Shown here piece after piece: positions 56,052 to 64,000 of a stretch of DNA of 64,000 nt (within the stretch, counting starts at the first letter, position 1; the number at the start of each line of letters is the position of its first letter). The notes below the pieces were generated by a model, which ran no database searches, was not told where the DNA came from, and worked only from the letters and a program-made list of their open reading frames with translations. Location of the stretch: positions 3,680 to 67,679 of the forward strand of contig CAZDAO010000002.1 in assembly GCA_964503015.1 (NCBI GenBank). Direction: 5' to 3'. The DNA comes from an uncultured Nocardioides sp. Lineage in GTDB: Bacteria > Actinomycetota > Actinomycetes > Propionibacteriales > Nocardioidaceae. The position numbers and the translations under genes were made by a program.

Positions 56052-57160
56052 GTGACACCGTCCGCGACACCCAGGCCGCCGGGCCAGAGAGCCCGGTCCT
56101 GCAGCGGCTCTCGACCCTCGACCGATTCCTGCCGGTGTGGATCGGCGTCGCCATGGTCGTCGGGCTGCTGCTCGGTCGGTGGGTGACCGGCCTCGACGAC
56201 GCGCTCGCGGCGGTCGAGGTCGGCTCGGTGTCCCTTCCGATCGCCGTCGGGCTGCTGATCATGATGTACCCGGTGCTCGCCAAGGTCCGGTACGACGAAC
56301 TCGGTCACGTCACCAGCGACAAGAAGCTGCTGGCGATGTCGATCTTCCTCAACTGGGTGCTCGGCCCCGCGCTGATGTTTGCCCTGGCATGGCTCCTGCT
56401 GCCGGATCTGCCGGAGTTCCGCACCGGCCTGATCATCGTCGGGCTGGCCCGCTGCATCGCCATGGTGCTGATTTGGAACGACCTGGCCTGCGGCGACCGC
56501 GAGGCTGCCGCCATTCTCGTCGCCATCAACGCCATCTTCCAGATCGTCGCGTTCGCTGCCCTCGGGTATTTCTACCTCGAGCTCCTCCCCGGATGGCTGG
56601 GGCTCGACCAGACCGGCCTCGAGGTTTCGGTCTGGGAGATCGCCAAGTCCGTCCTCATCTTCCTCGGCATCCCGCTCCTGGCCGGTTACCTCACCCGCAT
56701 GCTGGGGGAGCGGGCCAAGGGCCGCGAGTGGTACGAGGCTGAGCTGCTGCCACGTATCGGGCCCTGGGCGCTCTACGGACTCCTCTTCACCATCGTGCTG
56801 CTCTTCGCGCTCCAGGGCGACGCGATCACCAGCCGACCGGTTGACGTTGCGCGGATCGCCCTCCCGCTGCTTGTCTACTTCGTCCTCATGTGGGGCGGTT
56901 CGATGGTGCTGAGCCGGGCGTTCGGCTTCGACTACCAGCGCGCGACCGCCGTCTCCTTCACCGCCGCCGGCAACAACTTCGAGCTCGCTATCGCCGTCGC
57001 GATCGGAGTCTTCGGAGTGGCATCAGGTCAGGCACTGGCCGGCGTCGTCGGGCCTTTGATCGAGGTGCCCGTCCTGGTCGGCCTGGTCTACGTGAGCCTG
57101 TGGGCGCGCAAGTTCTTCACGGAGGCTGCCCAGCCCCGTTCCACCGCGACGGAAGTGTGA
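56048..57160 (+). CDS. acr3: Acr3 arsenite efflux transporter
   Basis: LSTLDRFLPVWI, MMYPVLAKV, GLARCIAMV, AAGNNFELAIAVA, GPLIEVPVL. Confidence 0.96.
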   Translation: MSDTVRDTQAAGPESPVLQRLSTLDRFLPVWIGVAMVVGLLLGRWVTGLDDALAAVEVGSVSLPIAVGLLIMMYPVLAKVRYDELGHVTSDKKLLAMSIFLNWVLGPALMFALAWLLLPDLPEFRTGLIIVGLARCIAMVLIWNDLACGDREAAAILVAINAIFQIVAFAALGYFYLELLPGWLGLDQTGLEVSVWEIAKSVLIFLGIPLLAGYLTRMLGERAKGREWYEAELLPRIGPWALYGLLFTIVLLFALQGDAITSRPVDVARIALPLLVYFVLMWGGSMVLSRAFGFDYQRATAVSFTAAGNNFELAIAVAIGVFGVASGQALAGVVGPLIEVPVLVGLVYVSLWARKFFTEAAQPRSTATEV

Positions 57161-57171
57161 GGATGATCGGC

Positions 57172-57630
57172 ATGAACACGAACACAATGTCCCGGCAGAC
57201 CCCGCAGGTGGTGTTCGCCTGCGTGCGCAACGGCGGACGATCGGTGATCGGGCGCGTGCTCACCGAGCATTACGCGCAGGGTCGAGTCCGTGCCGAGTCG
57301 GCCGGCACCCAGCCCGGCGAGCACATCCACCCGGAGGTCGCGCAGGCATTGCAGAAGCTCGGGCTGGACACCTCCCGGGAACACCCCAAGGTGCTCACGC
57401 ACGAGACCGTCGCGTCGAGCGACGTGGCCATCACCCTCGGGTGTGGCGAAGAGTGCCCCTACGTCCCCGGCGTCAAGTACGTCGACTGGCCGGTCGCCGA
57501 CCCCGGCGGTCAGGACGAAGAGACCGTCCGCGGCATCATTGCCGACATCGACGGCCGCGTCCGGGCCATGCTCACCCAGCTGGTCCCTGACCTCGAGCTG
57601 CCGCCATCGGTGCTAGAGTCCGCCCCCTGA
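57172..57630 (+). CDS. arsC: LMW-PTP-type arsenate reductase
   Basis: FACVRNGGRS, SAGTQP, LGCGEECP, WPVADP; start may be 57163 or 57187. Confidence 0.85.
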   Translation: MNTNTMSRQTPQVVFACVRNGGRSVIGRVLTEHYAQGRVRAESAGTQPGEHIHPEVAQALQKLGLDTSREHPKVLTHETVASSDVAITLGCGEECPYVPGVKYVDWPVADPGGQDEETVRGIIADIDGRVRAMLTQLVPDLELPPSVLESAP

Positions 57631-57672
57631 GTGCACGAAGCCGCCTCGACTCATAGCTACGTGTAGCCAGCA

Positions 57673-58074
57673 ATGACCAAGCCCACCCTGCTCTTTGTCT
57701 GCACCCACAACGCAGGTCGCTCCGCCCTCGGCGCCGCACTCGCCCGGCACCACGCCGGCGAACGGGCCGTGGCGATGTCCGCGGGGCTGGCTCCCGCCGA
57801 CGAGCCGAACGTCGTCACCATCGCCAGCCTCGCTGAGATCGGTATCGACGGCTCGGGCCACGTTCCGACGCAACTCACCTACGAGCTTGTCGCGGGCGCC
57901 ACCGTGGTCGTGGCCATGAGGCCGGGACTCGCCCTCCCGCAGGTCGACGGCGTGACCCATGAGACGTGGAACCTGCCCGACCCAGCCGACTGGGACGCAG
58001 ATGCGGTACGCCGCCTGCGCGACCACATCAACAGGTCGGTCGTCGACTTGTTGAATCGGGTGCTCGGCCCCTGA
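57673..58074 (+). CDS. Single-Cys LMW-PTP/ArsC-like protein
   Basis: FVCTHNAGRS, SAG, WNLPDP; resolving CxxxC absent. Confidence 0.8.
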   Translation: MTKPTLLFVCTHNAGRSALGAALARHHAGERAVAMSAGLAPADEPNVVTIASLAEIGIDGSGHVPTQLTYELVAGATVVVAMRPGLALPQVDGVTHETWNLPDPADWDADAVRRLRDHINRSVVDLLNRVLGP

Positions 58075-58228
58075 CCTGTCAACGAGGCAGCGAGACTGAG
58101 AAGGGTCTCGCCGTCCCTCGGGAGGCATCGCGCCATGGCCGCGATGCAACGAAGGCCCCATAGCGCGGACACAGCCGGGTTTTAGCGGCCTCATCAGCTC
58201 CCAGCATCTGGGGCACTGGCCAGTCGCT

Positions 58229-58250
58229 ATTCACCTGCCGTTCAGAATTG
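58229..58250 (+). promoter_or_regulatory. PHO-box-like pair of 11-bp direct repeat units upstream of pstS
   Basis: ATTCACCTGCC GTTCAGAATTG; resembles the Streptomyces PhoP GTTCA 11-nt unit. Confidence 0.55.
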
Positions 58251-58323
58251 TCAGTCCTTTACGTCACCGCGGCTCCTTAACGTCATCCATGTCAGCACCT
58301 ACACAGACTTCAGGAGTACCGAA

Positions 58324-59295
58324 GTGAACCGCACTTCCATCCGGCACGCGCTCGTTCCTGGCGCGGTCGCGCTTGTTCTCACTCTCTCTGCCTGCGGCGG
58401 CGCAGACGCCGGCTCGGAGGGCTCGGGCTCGGAGGGCTCAGGCGCCAGCGGCTCCGTCGCGGTGGACGGGTCGTCGACCGTCTTCCCCATGAGCAACGCC
58501 GCTGCCGAGCTCCTCAGCGAGGAGAACCCCGACGTGCAGGTCAGTGTCGGCGAGTCCGGTACCGGAGGCGGCTTCGAGAAGTTCTGCGCCGGCGAGACCG
58601 ACATCTCCAACGCCTCGCGACCCATCGAGGAGGACGAGGTCGCGATCTGTGAGGAGAACGGTGTCGAGTACACCGAGCTGCTGGTCGCCACCGACGCGCT
58701 CACCGTCGTGGTGCACCCCGACCTCGCCGTGGACTGCCTGACCACAGAGCAGCTGATCGAGCTGTGGAGCCCGGGGTCGGAGGTCAGCAACTGGCAGGAT
58801 CTCGACCCGTCCTTCCCGGACCAGGACATCGCGCTCTTCGGGCCCGGCACGGACTCCGGCACCTACGACTACATGGCTAGCGAGGTCGTCGACCCCGACT
58901 CCGACGAGCCCGCCACCCGTGACGACTACGAGGCCTCCGAGAACGACAACGTCCTGGTGCAGGGCGTCGCGGGCACCGAGGGTGCGACCGGCTACTTCGG
59001 CTTCTCCTACTACGAGGAGAACCAGGACAGCCTCAAGGCGCTGTCGATCGACGACGGCAACGGCTGCGTCGAGCCTTCGGCCGACACGGCTCGATCTGGT
59101 GAGTACACCCCGCTCGCCCGTCCGCTCTTCATCTACGTCAACAACGCCAGCATGGCCGACAACGCCGCAGTGAAGACCTACGTCGACTTCTACATCGAGA
59201 ACCTCGCGGCGATCGCCGAGGGCGCCCAGTTCATCGCCCTCGACGACGCGTCGTACGAGGAGACCAAGTCCGCGCTGGCCGAGCTCGAAGGCTGA
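58324..59295 (+). CDS. pstS: Phosphate ABC transporter substrate-binding lipoprotein
   Basis: Lipobox LSAC; DGSSTVFP, SGTGGGFEKFC, DSGTYDY, YTPLARPLFIYV. Confidence 0.95.
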   Translation: MNRTSIRHALVPGAVALVLTLSACGGADAGSEGSGSEGSGASGSVAVDGSSTVFPMSNAAAELLSEENPDVQVSVGESGTGGGFEKFCAGETDISNASRPIEEDEVAICEENGVEYTELLVATDALTVVVHPDLAVDCLTTEQLIELWSPGSEVSNWQDLDPSFPDQDIALFGPGTDSGTYDYMASEVVDPDSDEPATRDDYEASENDNVLVQGVAGTEGATGYFGFSYYEENQDSLKALSIDDGNGCVEPSADTARSGEYTPLARPLFIYVNNASMADNAAVKTYVDFYIENLAAIAEGAQFIALDDASYEETKSALAELEG

Positions 59296-59314
59296 AGGGT
59301 CAAGATCTCTTAGT

Positions 59315-60247
59315 ATGAGCACCATTGATGGCACCACCGCGGGCCCGTCCTCTGGGACGGGCCCGCGGGGCGTGCCCAACCTGAAGGGCCGGTCCCGACC
59401 CGCCGAGCGGGTCATCGTCGCCGGTCTCATCGCGTCCGCCGGACTGTCGGTCGCCATCACGCTCGCCATCCTCGTGGCGCTCGTGGAGCCGGTGATCATG
59501 TTCTTCGGCCAGGTCGCCGTATCCGACTTCTTCGCTACCGAGGGTCGCTTCGCTGTGATTCCCCTGGTGTCCGCGACGCTCACGGTCACGCTGATCGCGC
59601 TGCTGGTGGCAGTCCCGATCGGGCTCGGTGCTGCCATGTATCTCTCCGAGTACGCCAGCAGGCGGGTCAGGAAGGTTCTCAAGCCGACCGTCGAGCTGCT
59701 CGCGGGCGTACCGTCGGTCGTCTACGGGTTCTTCGCACTGTTCTTCGTGACGCCGACGCTCCTGCAGGACCTGCTGAACCTGCAGGTCAACTTCACCAAC
59801 CTGCTTGCGGCGGGCCTCATCCTCGGAGTGATGATCATCCCGACGATCGCATCCCTGGCCGAGGACGCGCTCACCGCTGTACCGCAAGCGCTCCGCCAGG
59901 GCTCCTTCGCCATGGGGGCCAACCGGATGCAAACCACTGTCCGGGTCGTGCTCCCGGCCGCCCTGTCGGGTGTTGCTGCCGCCGTGGTACTGGGCATGTC
60001 CCGGGCGATCGGGGAGACCATGATCGTCGCCCTGGCTGCCGGTGCCCAGAAGAACATGACGCTCGACATCCGTGAGGGTGCACAGACCATGACCGGTTTC
60101 ATCGCGCAGACCGCCGGCGGTGAGAACCCGGTGGGCTCCGTCGAGTACAACATGCTCTTCGCCGTGGGCCTCCTCCTCTTCCTGATCACCTTGGTCATCA
60201 ACCTGATCAGCATCACGCTGGTCCGTCGCTATCGGCAGGAGTACTGA
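59315..60247 (+). CDS. pstC: Phosphate ABC permease PstC
   Basis: YLSEYA, ELLAGVPSVVYGFF, SRAIGETMIV. Confidence 0.95.
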   Translation: MSTIDGTTAGPSSGTGPRGVPNLKGRSRPAERVIVAGLIASAGLSVAITLAILVALVEPVIMFFGQVAVSDFFATEGRFAVIPLVSATLTVTLIALLVAVPIGLGAAMYLSEYASRRVRKVLKPTVELLAGVPSVVYGFFALFFVTPTLLQDLLNLQVNFTNLLAAGLILGVMIIPTIASLAEDALTAVPQALRQGSFAMGANRMQTTVRVVLPAALSGVAAAVVLGMSRAIGETMIVALAAGAQKNMTLDIREGAQTMTGFIAQTAGGENPVGSVEYNMLFAVGLLLFLITLVINLISITLVRRYRQEY

Positions 60248-61149
60248 TGAGCACGGCAGCAACGGCTGCGGCCCAGACCGTCCGGCTCACGGCAGGGAGA
60301 AGCCGCGACCGCAACGTCGGCTCGCTGGTCTTCCTCGGGCTCCTGTGGTTCTCGCTGTTCTTCGGCGTGATGGTGCTGGTGGTGCTGATCGTCGACACCA
60401 TGATCAAGGGCTCCGTCCGCTTCGACGCCGACCTCCTCTTCTCCTACGAGTCGAGCTTGAACCCCGAGACCACGGGATTCCGAGCTGGGATCCTCGGCTC
60501 CCTGTGGTTGATGGTCACGACGGCGGCGCTGGCCGTCCCGCTGGGCATCGCGGCCGCCGTCTATCTCGAGGAATTCAGCAATTCTCGGCGCTGGTACAAC
60601 CGGTTCATCGAGGTCAACCTGCAGAACCTGGCCGCTGTGCCCGCCATCGTCTACGGCCTCTTGGCTGTCGCGGTGATGGCGCTCTTCGGTTTCCAGCAGA
60701 AGAACATCGTCCTCGGTGGAGCCATCGCGCTGGCCCTGCTAATCCTCCCGGTCGTGATCATCACCTCACGCGAAGCCCTGCGCGCGGTCCCGCGGGAGAT
60801 CCGCGACGGTTCGCTGGCGCTGGGGGCGACTCAGTGGCAGACGACGTGGCGGCAGACGCTGCCGTCCGCGGTTCCCGGCATCGCTACGGGGACGATCCTG
60901 GGACTCTCGCGGGCGATCGGTGAGGCCGCGCCGCTGCTCCTGCTAGGTCTCGGAGCCGTGCGCTTCGACCCGGAGGGCGTCTTGAGCCGGGTCACGGCCC
61001 TGCCCATCCAGATCTACCGGTTGAGCACCCAGTCCCAGGTGGCTTTCCAAGAGGCCGCATCGGCGGGGATCATCATTCTGCTGATCATGATCCTTTTGCT
61101 GAACGGCGTCGCCATCTTCATCCGCAACAAGTTCCAGCGATCCTGGTGA
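60247..61149 (+). CDS. pstA: Phosphate ABC permease PstA
   Basis: [32 protein letters not shown]. Confidence 0.95.
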   Translation: MSTAATAAAQTVRLTAGRSRDRNVGSLVFLGLLWFSLFFGVMVLVVLIVDTMIKGSVRFDADLLFSYESSLNPETTGFRAGILGSLWLMVTTAALAVPLGIAAAVYLEEFSNSRRWYNRFIEVNLQNLAAVPAIVYGLLAVAVMALFGFQQKNIVLGGAIALALLILPVVIITSREALRAVPREIRDGSLALGATQWQTTWRQTLPSAVPGIATGTILGLSRAIGEAAPLLLLGLGAVRFDPEGVLSRVTALPIQIYRLSTQSQVAFQEAASAGIIILLIMILLLNGVAIFIRNKFQRSW

Positions 61150-61163
61150 AAGAGACATTCGAC

Positions 61164-62039
61164 ATGGCTACAGCCACTTCCTCCGACACGTTCCCGCAGA
61201 TGGGCTCCCTCGGCGACGTTCACGTCAACGCCGAGCGCAGGCTTCCGGAGTCCCCGGTCAACCCGGTCATGGAGACGCGCGACCTGAACGTCTTCTACGG
61301 CGACTTCCACGCCGTGCACGACGTCAACCTGACGTATGGTCGCCACGAGATCACGGCCATGATCGGACCCTCGGGGTGCGGGAAGTCCACCGTGCTGCGG
61401 TGCCTGAACCGGATGAACGACCTCGTGACCGGCGCCCACGTCGACGGCGAGGTGCTCTACCACGGCCAGGACATCTACGAGAAGAACGTCGACCCCATCG
61501 CTGTGCGCACGCACATCGGCATGGTCTTCCAGAAGCCCAACCCGTTCCCGAAGTCGATCTACGACAACATCGCCTACGGCCCCCGGGTCACCGGCATGAA
61601 GGTCGACAACATGGACGACCTCGTCGAAGGGGCCCTGCGTGGAGCGGCACTGTGGGACGAGGTCAAGGACAAGCTCAAGCAGTCGGCGTACGGCCTCTCC
61701 GGTGGCCAGCAGCAGCGCCTCTGCATCGCCCGGACGATCGCCACCAAGCCCGACGTGATCCTCATGGACGAGCCGTGCTCGGCGCTCGACCCGATCGCAA
61801 CCGCACGCGTCGAGGACCTCATGCTCGAGCTGCGCAACGACTACACGATCATCGTCGTGACCCACAACATGCAGCAGGCGGCCCGCGTCTCCGACCGGAC
61901 GGCGTTCTTCACCGCTCGTCCCGACGAGACGACCGGCAATCGCACGGGCCTGCTCGTGGAGTACGACCTCACCTCGACGATCTTCTCCAACCCCAACGAC
62001 AAGCGCACCGAGGACTACATCTCCGGTCGCTTCGGGTGA
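61164..62039 (+). CDS. pstB: Phosphate ABC ATPase PstB
   Basis: [50 protein letters not shown] at 61146 is an alternative start. Confidence 0.96.
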   Translation: MATATSSDTFPQMGSLGDVHVNAERRLPESPVNPVMETRDLNVFYGDFHAVHDVNLTYGRHEITAMIGPSGCGKSTVLRCLNRMNDLVTGAHVDGEVLYHGQDIYEKNVDPIAVRTHIGMVFQKPNPFPKSIYDNIAYGPRVTGMKVDNMDDLVEGALRGAALWDEVKDKLKQSAYGLSGGQQQRLCIARTIATKPDVILMDEPCSALDPIATARVEDLMLELRNDYTIIVVTHNMQQAARVSDRTAFFTARPDETTGNRTGLLVEYDLTSTIFSNPNDKRTEDYISGRFG

Positions 62040-62097
62040 GGGCTGGAGGGGAAGCTCTGGACGTTTGCGGGAACCGCGCCCCAACGGAATGCAAGGC

Positions 62098-62832
62098 ATG
62101 AGCGCTCACGACGTCGAGTTCGTCCGTCCCCAGCGGGAGCGCGCGCGCACGCGCCGTTGGGTGCAGGGTGCGGGTGCGCATTTGCTGGTCGTGGATCCGC
62201 GGAGTGATGGTGCCAGGTTCGACGAAGACATGGCCGCGCGCGGCGTTCATGTGACTCGTGTCGACTCGACCCTTGACGCCCTTGTCGAGTTCGGCCGTGG
62301 CAATCCGGCGGCCGTCATCGTTAGTCAAGAAGCCTCAGGGCTGCCGGCTCCCGACTTCGTGAAGAAGGTGCTCGAGTACGGCAGCCCCCTGATGATCGCG
62401 GTAGGCGAGGAGGGGGATTCTGGGTCAATCGGATGCCTTCTGCTCGCTGGTGCCACTACCGCCCTCGTGAGGCCCTATACGGCCGAAGTCGTATGGAACC
62501 TCCTGCATCAGTCGGCGAATCCTCTGGACGATCACGCCCGCCTCTCGTACGGTCCGATCGTTCTTGATGCGCGAGCTTTCACGGTTCACATCCGAGGTTC
62601 ACGCATACCCGACCTGCCACTGAAGGAGTTCGAGATGCTTCGCGCCCTGATGTACAGAGCTCCTGAGGTCGTGACCAACGAAGAGCTTCGAGTTGACGTG
62701 TGGGGCACGACGGACGAGGCGGCAGGCGACGGCACCATCCGTGTACACGTTCGACGCCTCCGCGCCCGACTCGAGGGCGCTGCCGAGATTCGCAGTGTGC
62801 GTCGCCGCGGCTACGCCCTCACCGTCGACTAG
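62098..62832 (+). CDS. OmpR/PhoB-type winged-helix regulator with degenerate receiver domain
   Basis: LPLKEFEMLRAL...VWG...TIRVHVRRLRARL...SVRRRGYAL; receiver lacks canonical Asp and Lys. Confidence 0.85.
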   Translation: MSAHDVEFVRPQRERARTRRWVQGAGAHLLVVDPRSDGARFDEDMAARGVHVTRVDSTLDALVEFGRGNPAAVIVSQEASGLPAPDFVKKVLEYGSPLMIAVGEEGDSGSIGCLLLAGATTALVRPYTAEVVWNLLHQSANPLDDHARLSYGPIVLDARAFTVHIRGSRIPDLPLKEFEMLRALMYRAPEVVTNEELRVDVWGTTDEAAGDGTIRVHVRRLRARLEGAAEIRSVRRRGYALTVD

Positions 62833-63232
62833 TTCCGCCAGCCAATCTCGTCCGTCTCGATGGCGGCGCCGCGTTTGACAACCCTCGTAGTCGTGGGTCG
62901 GTGATGGAACGGTTGCGCCAAGGCGATGTAGCGCCGGATCACCGTAGCTTGCTCGCGTCGGCTGGGGGCGACCGATGCCTCCAGAGCGAAGTAGACCCGT
63001 CGTATTGACCTCGCCGATCGACCGCCGGTGCCGCACGAGGACCGCTCGCCCGGAAGCGCATTTGGAGGGTACTTCAGACCGCTGGTAAGACGCCCGGTGT
63101 TCTGGCCTGCGCGCGTCCCGCACGGGGATCGGTGATCGGGACCGGTACCCGCCGCAAGAGGTAGCCCGCGACACTAGCCGGTGGTGTCGTCGAGTCTGCG
63201 GCCATGAGCGAAGACTTGAGAGGGCATGACTT

Positions 63233-63273
63233 AGCCCCGGCGACATGGCCAAGGCCAGCGGTCCACCGGGGCT
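63233..63273 (+). ncRNA. Candidate structured RNA upstream of Abi gene
   Basis: Outer stem AGCCCCGG/CCGGGGCT enclosing inverted TGGCC-AA-GGCCA. Confidence 0.4.
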
Positions 63274-63305
63274 TTCAAGAGGAACGATACGTGAGAATGG
63301 GGGCG

Positions 63306-64000
63306 ATGACAACGTCGCCACCGCCTCCGCCGAGTCCTGGGCCACCCGCGCCTGGGCCATGGGCAGAGCGCTGGCTGAGCCAGCCCCGACACGGTGTCTA
63401 CCTGGCCGCCAGCCAAGGCGACCCGCAGTTGGCTCTGGACCTGTACGAGTGGAACGCCGAGATCAGCGCCGCGCTGCTGCGCGATCTCGCCCACCTGGAA
63501 GTCGGGCTACGCAACGCCTACGACCGCGCGCTCAGCGCGCGGTGGCCCGGACCCCCGCACTGGACCACGGCCAACATCCCGGCCTTCGCGCCGTTGTGGC
63601 GCACCCGTCGTGGTCGACGAGTCGACGTCAACCTGCGGACACGTGAGTCACTCCACCGTGCCGTGGACTCCGCCGGCGGCCCCGCCGCTCCACCCGGCAA
63701 GGTCATTGCTGAGTTGATGTTCGGCTTCTGGCGGTTCCTCAGCTCCTCCGCCCATGAGAAGTCGCTGTGGGTGCCATCCCTCCACCAGGCGTTCGCACCG
63801 GGCACTGACCGGCGCGACGTCGACCGCCCCATCGGACGTCTGCACGGTCTGCGCAACCGAGTGGCCCACCACGAGCCACTCCTCAGGTACGACATCGCGG
63901 GACGCGTCACCGACATCGCGACCGTCGCCGGCCTGCTCGATCCCGACCTCGGCCGGCACCTGAGCGCGACCAGTCGAGTCACCCGGGTCCTCGTTCAGCG
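63306..64000 (+). CDS. Abi-family (AbiD/AbiF-like) HEPN protein, truncated by window end; not in ORF track
   Basis: Manual translation: WLSQPRHGVYL...ALDLYEWNAEIS...LEVGLRNAYD...IAELMFGFWRFL...LRNRVAHHEPLL; no stop before 64000. Confidence 0.88.
   Translation, partial: MTTSPPPPPSPGPPAPGPWAERWLSQPRHGVYLAASQGDPQLALDLYEWNAEISAALLRDLAHLEVGLRNAYDRALSARWPGPPHWTTANIPAFAPLWRTRRGRRVDVNLRTRESLHRAVDSAGGPAAPPGKVIAELMFGFWRFLSSSAHEKSLWVPSLHQAFAPGTDRRDVDRPIGRLHGLRNRVAHHEPLLRYDIAGRVTDIATVAGLLDPDLGRHLSATSRVTRVLVQ

Noticed and set aside
62833..63200. Gene or element boundary after the pst regulator
   Set aside because: No supported ORF or repeat recognised
1..64000. Hundreds of long overlapping or antisense ORFs (e.g. 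25108..26952-, 51320..52756-, 58438..59682-)
   Set aside because: Shadow frames typical of high-GC DNA, lying over genes with clear motifs

Overview
High-GC actinobacterial DNA (Nocardioides-like is an inference from gene content and motifs). The window looks like the interior of one large conjugative element. It could be an ICE or a plasmid; no integrase, att site or rep gene is recognisable here. Left to right: (1) a Tad/Flp pilus operon ending in a LysM-BTAD membrane protein, a lipoprotein and a Cys-rich secreted protein (880-12942); (2) a secreted Excalibur-thermonuclease, a protein with four tandem excisionase-type HTH domains, and a small gene with a perfect LexA box (12991-15360); (3) a Gram-positive-type conjugation operon with a sigma-like regulator, pilin-like, VirB6-like, PrgI/SCO6880-like and VirB4-like genes, an EEP-M23 fusion, VirD4 and DUF4192 (15637-31582); (4) a 1.1-kb gap holding an unannotated 53-aa toxin-like peptide, then a candidate defence cassette of RecD-like helicase, DNA methyltransferase and PD-(D/E)xK nuclease (31901-37621); (5) a MobF relaxase-helicase-primase fusion with a likely oriT (37758-44506); (6) an arsenic-resistance plus phosphate-acquisition island (44969-62832); (7) a HEPN Abi-family gene running off the right end, preceded by a candidate RNA hairpin. 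No CRISPR array, rRNA, tRNA or IS element was recognised. All product calls come from motif recognition by eye; no searches were run.
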